A DNA stretch of 64,000 bases from Myxococcota bacterium. Its GTDB lineage: Bacteria > Myxococcota_A > UBA9042 > PHBI01 > JAWLBL01. Each line of letters begins with the position of its first letter. Positions within the stretch are counted from its first letter, which is position 1. Shown piece after piece: positions 62,496 to 64,000 of this stretch. The stretch covers positions 215,660 to 279,659 of the forward strand of contig JAWLBL010000003.1 in the NCBI GenBank assembly GCA_041687695.1. The letters run 5' to 3'. Position numbers and translations under genes: made by a program. A model generated the notes under the pieces. It searched no databases. It saw only the letters and a list, made by a program, of their open reading frames with translations, and was not told the origin of the DNA.

Positions 62496-62683
62496 CAGGG
62501 AGTCTCCAAAAAACGACATTGGGAGATGGAATCAATGTGGCACCGGGGGAGCGGCGCCGAGGCGGGGTGGATTCGGCGTGCCGGCAGGCATAGTGGTGCT
62601 GCCAAATACACGAGGGCAATATAGGCCGTGACCCCGCCACTCGCAACAAACAAACGCCGAGCGTTGGCATTTCTATCGCGTCG

Positions 62684-62712
62684 TTGACGTTGAGGGGGAC
62701 CGCGGGTAGATT
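62684..62712 (+). promoter_or_regulatory. Putative sigma70 promoter for threonine dehydratase
   Basis: TTGACG-N17-TAGATT. Confidence 0.55.
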
Positions 62713-62762
62713 CCGCCGCACCAAGTGGGCGGGGCGGTGAGCCGCCTGCAGGCGGAGGACGG

Positions 62763-63983
62763 TTGAGCGGTCAGGCGGTCGTGACGTTCGCGGATGTGGA
62801 GGCGGCCCGCGCCGCGGTCCGAGACCACATCTACCAGTCGCCCTGCGCACACTCGGCGACGCTCAGTCGCGCGCTCGGCAACAAGGTCTATCTCAAGCTC
62901 GAGAACCTCCAGATGTCGGGCTCCTACAAGGAGCGCGGCGCCTTGAACCGGCTGCTGCAGCTCACGCCCGAGGAGCGGGCGCGCGGCGTCATCGCGGCGA
63001 GCGCGGGCAACCACGCGCAGGGCGTCAGCTATCACGCGACGCGGCTCGGGATCTCCGCCACCATCGTCATGCCCGAGTACACGCCCCTCGTGAAGGTCAC
63101 GTCGACCAAGCGGTTCGGCGGCAAGGTCGTCCTGCACGGCCAGAGCTACGACGACGCCTATGCCGAGGCGCGGCGCATCGCCGAGGCCGAGGGGCGCGTG
63201 TTCGTCCACCCCTTCGACGACCCGGCCATCATCGCCGGGCAGGGCACCATCGGGCTCGAGCTGCTCGAGCAGAACCCGTATCTCGACGCCATCGTGGTGC
63301 CGGTCGGCGGCGGCGGGCTGATTGCCGGGGTCGCGGTCGCCATCAAGGAGACGAACCCGCGCATCAAGGTCTATGGCGTCGAGGCAGCGGCCATGCCGTC
63401 GATGAAGGCCAGCCTGGAAGCCGGCGACCTGGCGACGGTGCCCGTCCAACGCACGATGGCCGACGGCATCGCGGTGCGGCGGCCGGGCGAGCTGACCTTC
63501 TCGCTCGTGCAGCGCTACGTCGACGACATCGTGACGGTCGAAGAAGAGGAGATCGCCTCGGCGGTGCTGACGCTGCTCGAGGTCGAGAAGACGGTCGTCG
63601 AGGGCTCCGGGGCGACGCCGCTCGCCGCCCTCGCCAACGGCCACCTGCCCCTGTCGGGCAAGAAGGTCGCCCTCGTGTGCACCGGGGGCAATATCGATGT
63701 GACGGTGCTCAGCCGCATCATCGACCGCGGGCTCGTCAAGGACGGACGCATGGTCCAGATCAGCGTCACTTTGTCCGACACGCCCGGCGCGCTGGCCGCC
63801 TTGACGGCGCTGGTCGCGCAGCTCAAGGCGAACGTCCTCGAGATCGAGCACAATCGTGCGTTCAGCCACACCCCCGTCGGGCAGACGCAGGTGGCCATGA
63901 CGCTCGAGACGCGCGGTCACGAGCACATCGAGGCCCTCACGAACGCCCTGGTCGAGTCGGGGCTCAAGGTGACGCTGGTCTGA
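62763..63983 (+). CDS. ilvA: Threonine ammonia-lyase with C-terminal ACT domain
   Basis: LKLENLQMSGSYKERGA, ASAGNHAQG, HPFDD, VPVGGGGL, GGNID, ACT domain; TTG start. Confidence 0.92.
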   Translation: MSGQAVVTFADVEAARAAVRDHIYQSPCAHSATLSRALGNKVYLKLENLQMSGSYKERGALNRLLQLTPEERARGVIAASAGNHAQGVSYHATRLGISATIVMPEYTPLVKVTSTKRFGGKVVLHGQSYDDAYAEARRIAEAEGRVFVHPFDDPAIIAGQGTIGLELLEQNPYLDAIVVPVGGGGLIAGVAVAIKETNPRIKVYGVEAAAMPSMKASLEAGDLATVPVQRTMADGIAVRRPGELTFSLVQRYVDDIVTVEEEEIASAVLTLLEVEKTVVEGSGATPLAALANGHLPLSGKKVALVCTGGNIDVTVLSRIIDRGLVKDGRMVQISVTLSDTPGALAALTALVAQLKANVLEIEHNRAFSHTPVGQTQVAMTLETRGHEHIEALTNALVESGLKVTLV

Positions 63984-64000
63984 GATGAGAGTTCCAGGCA

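Overview
High-GC (roughly 70% by eye) bacterial chromosome segment, most likely Myxococcota/deltaproteobacterial. This is inferred from the 3-TM SecE, a Ser/Thr-kinase-fused sigma54 activator and a degenerate str-locus EF-G. Positions 1-34.6 kb hold the core translation/transcription supercluster: tRNA Thr-Tyr-Gly-Thr, tuf, rpmG, tRNA-Trp, secE, nusG, rplKAJL, rpoBC, rpsLG, a divergent EF-G, rpsJ, then the S10/spc/alpha operons. The cluster departs from the usual layout in several ways. rpsG is terminated and followed by ~2.5 kb of repeat-containing non-coding DNA. The EF-G has lost its domain IV loop motifs and G5, and no tuf follows it. rplC is missing from the S10 operon, map/infA are missing after adk, and L33 lacks its zinc ligands. 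After rplQ come tRNA-Gln, two identical tRNA-Glu genes and two tandem repeat arrays (5 x ~65 bp terminator-like units; 3 x ~228 bp G-rich units). The remainder (36.8-64 kb) encodes a kinase-ATPase-TPR-GAF-sigma54 activator, a lipoprotein plus HAD hydrolase, dnaB, a GATase-II-like protein lacking its catalytic Cys, a 59-aa small protein, ugd, a TonB-dependent receptor, gyrA, an RlmI-like methyltransferase, a GT-C glycosyltransferase, rplM-rpsI, metK, an outer-membrane barrel, a basic winged-helix protein and threonine dehydratase. No CRISPR array, rRNA, transposase or integrase was found. All calls come from motif recognition only; no searches were run.
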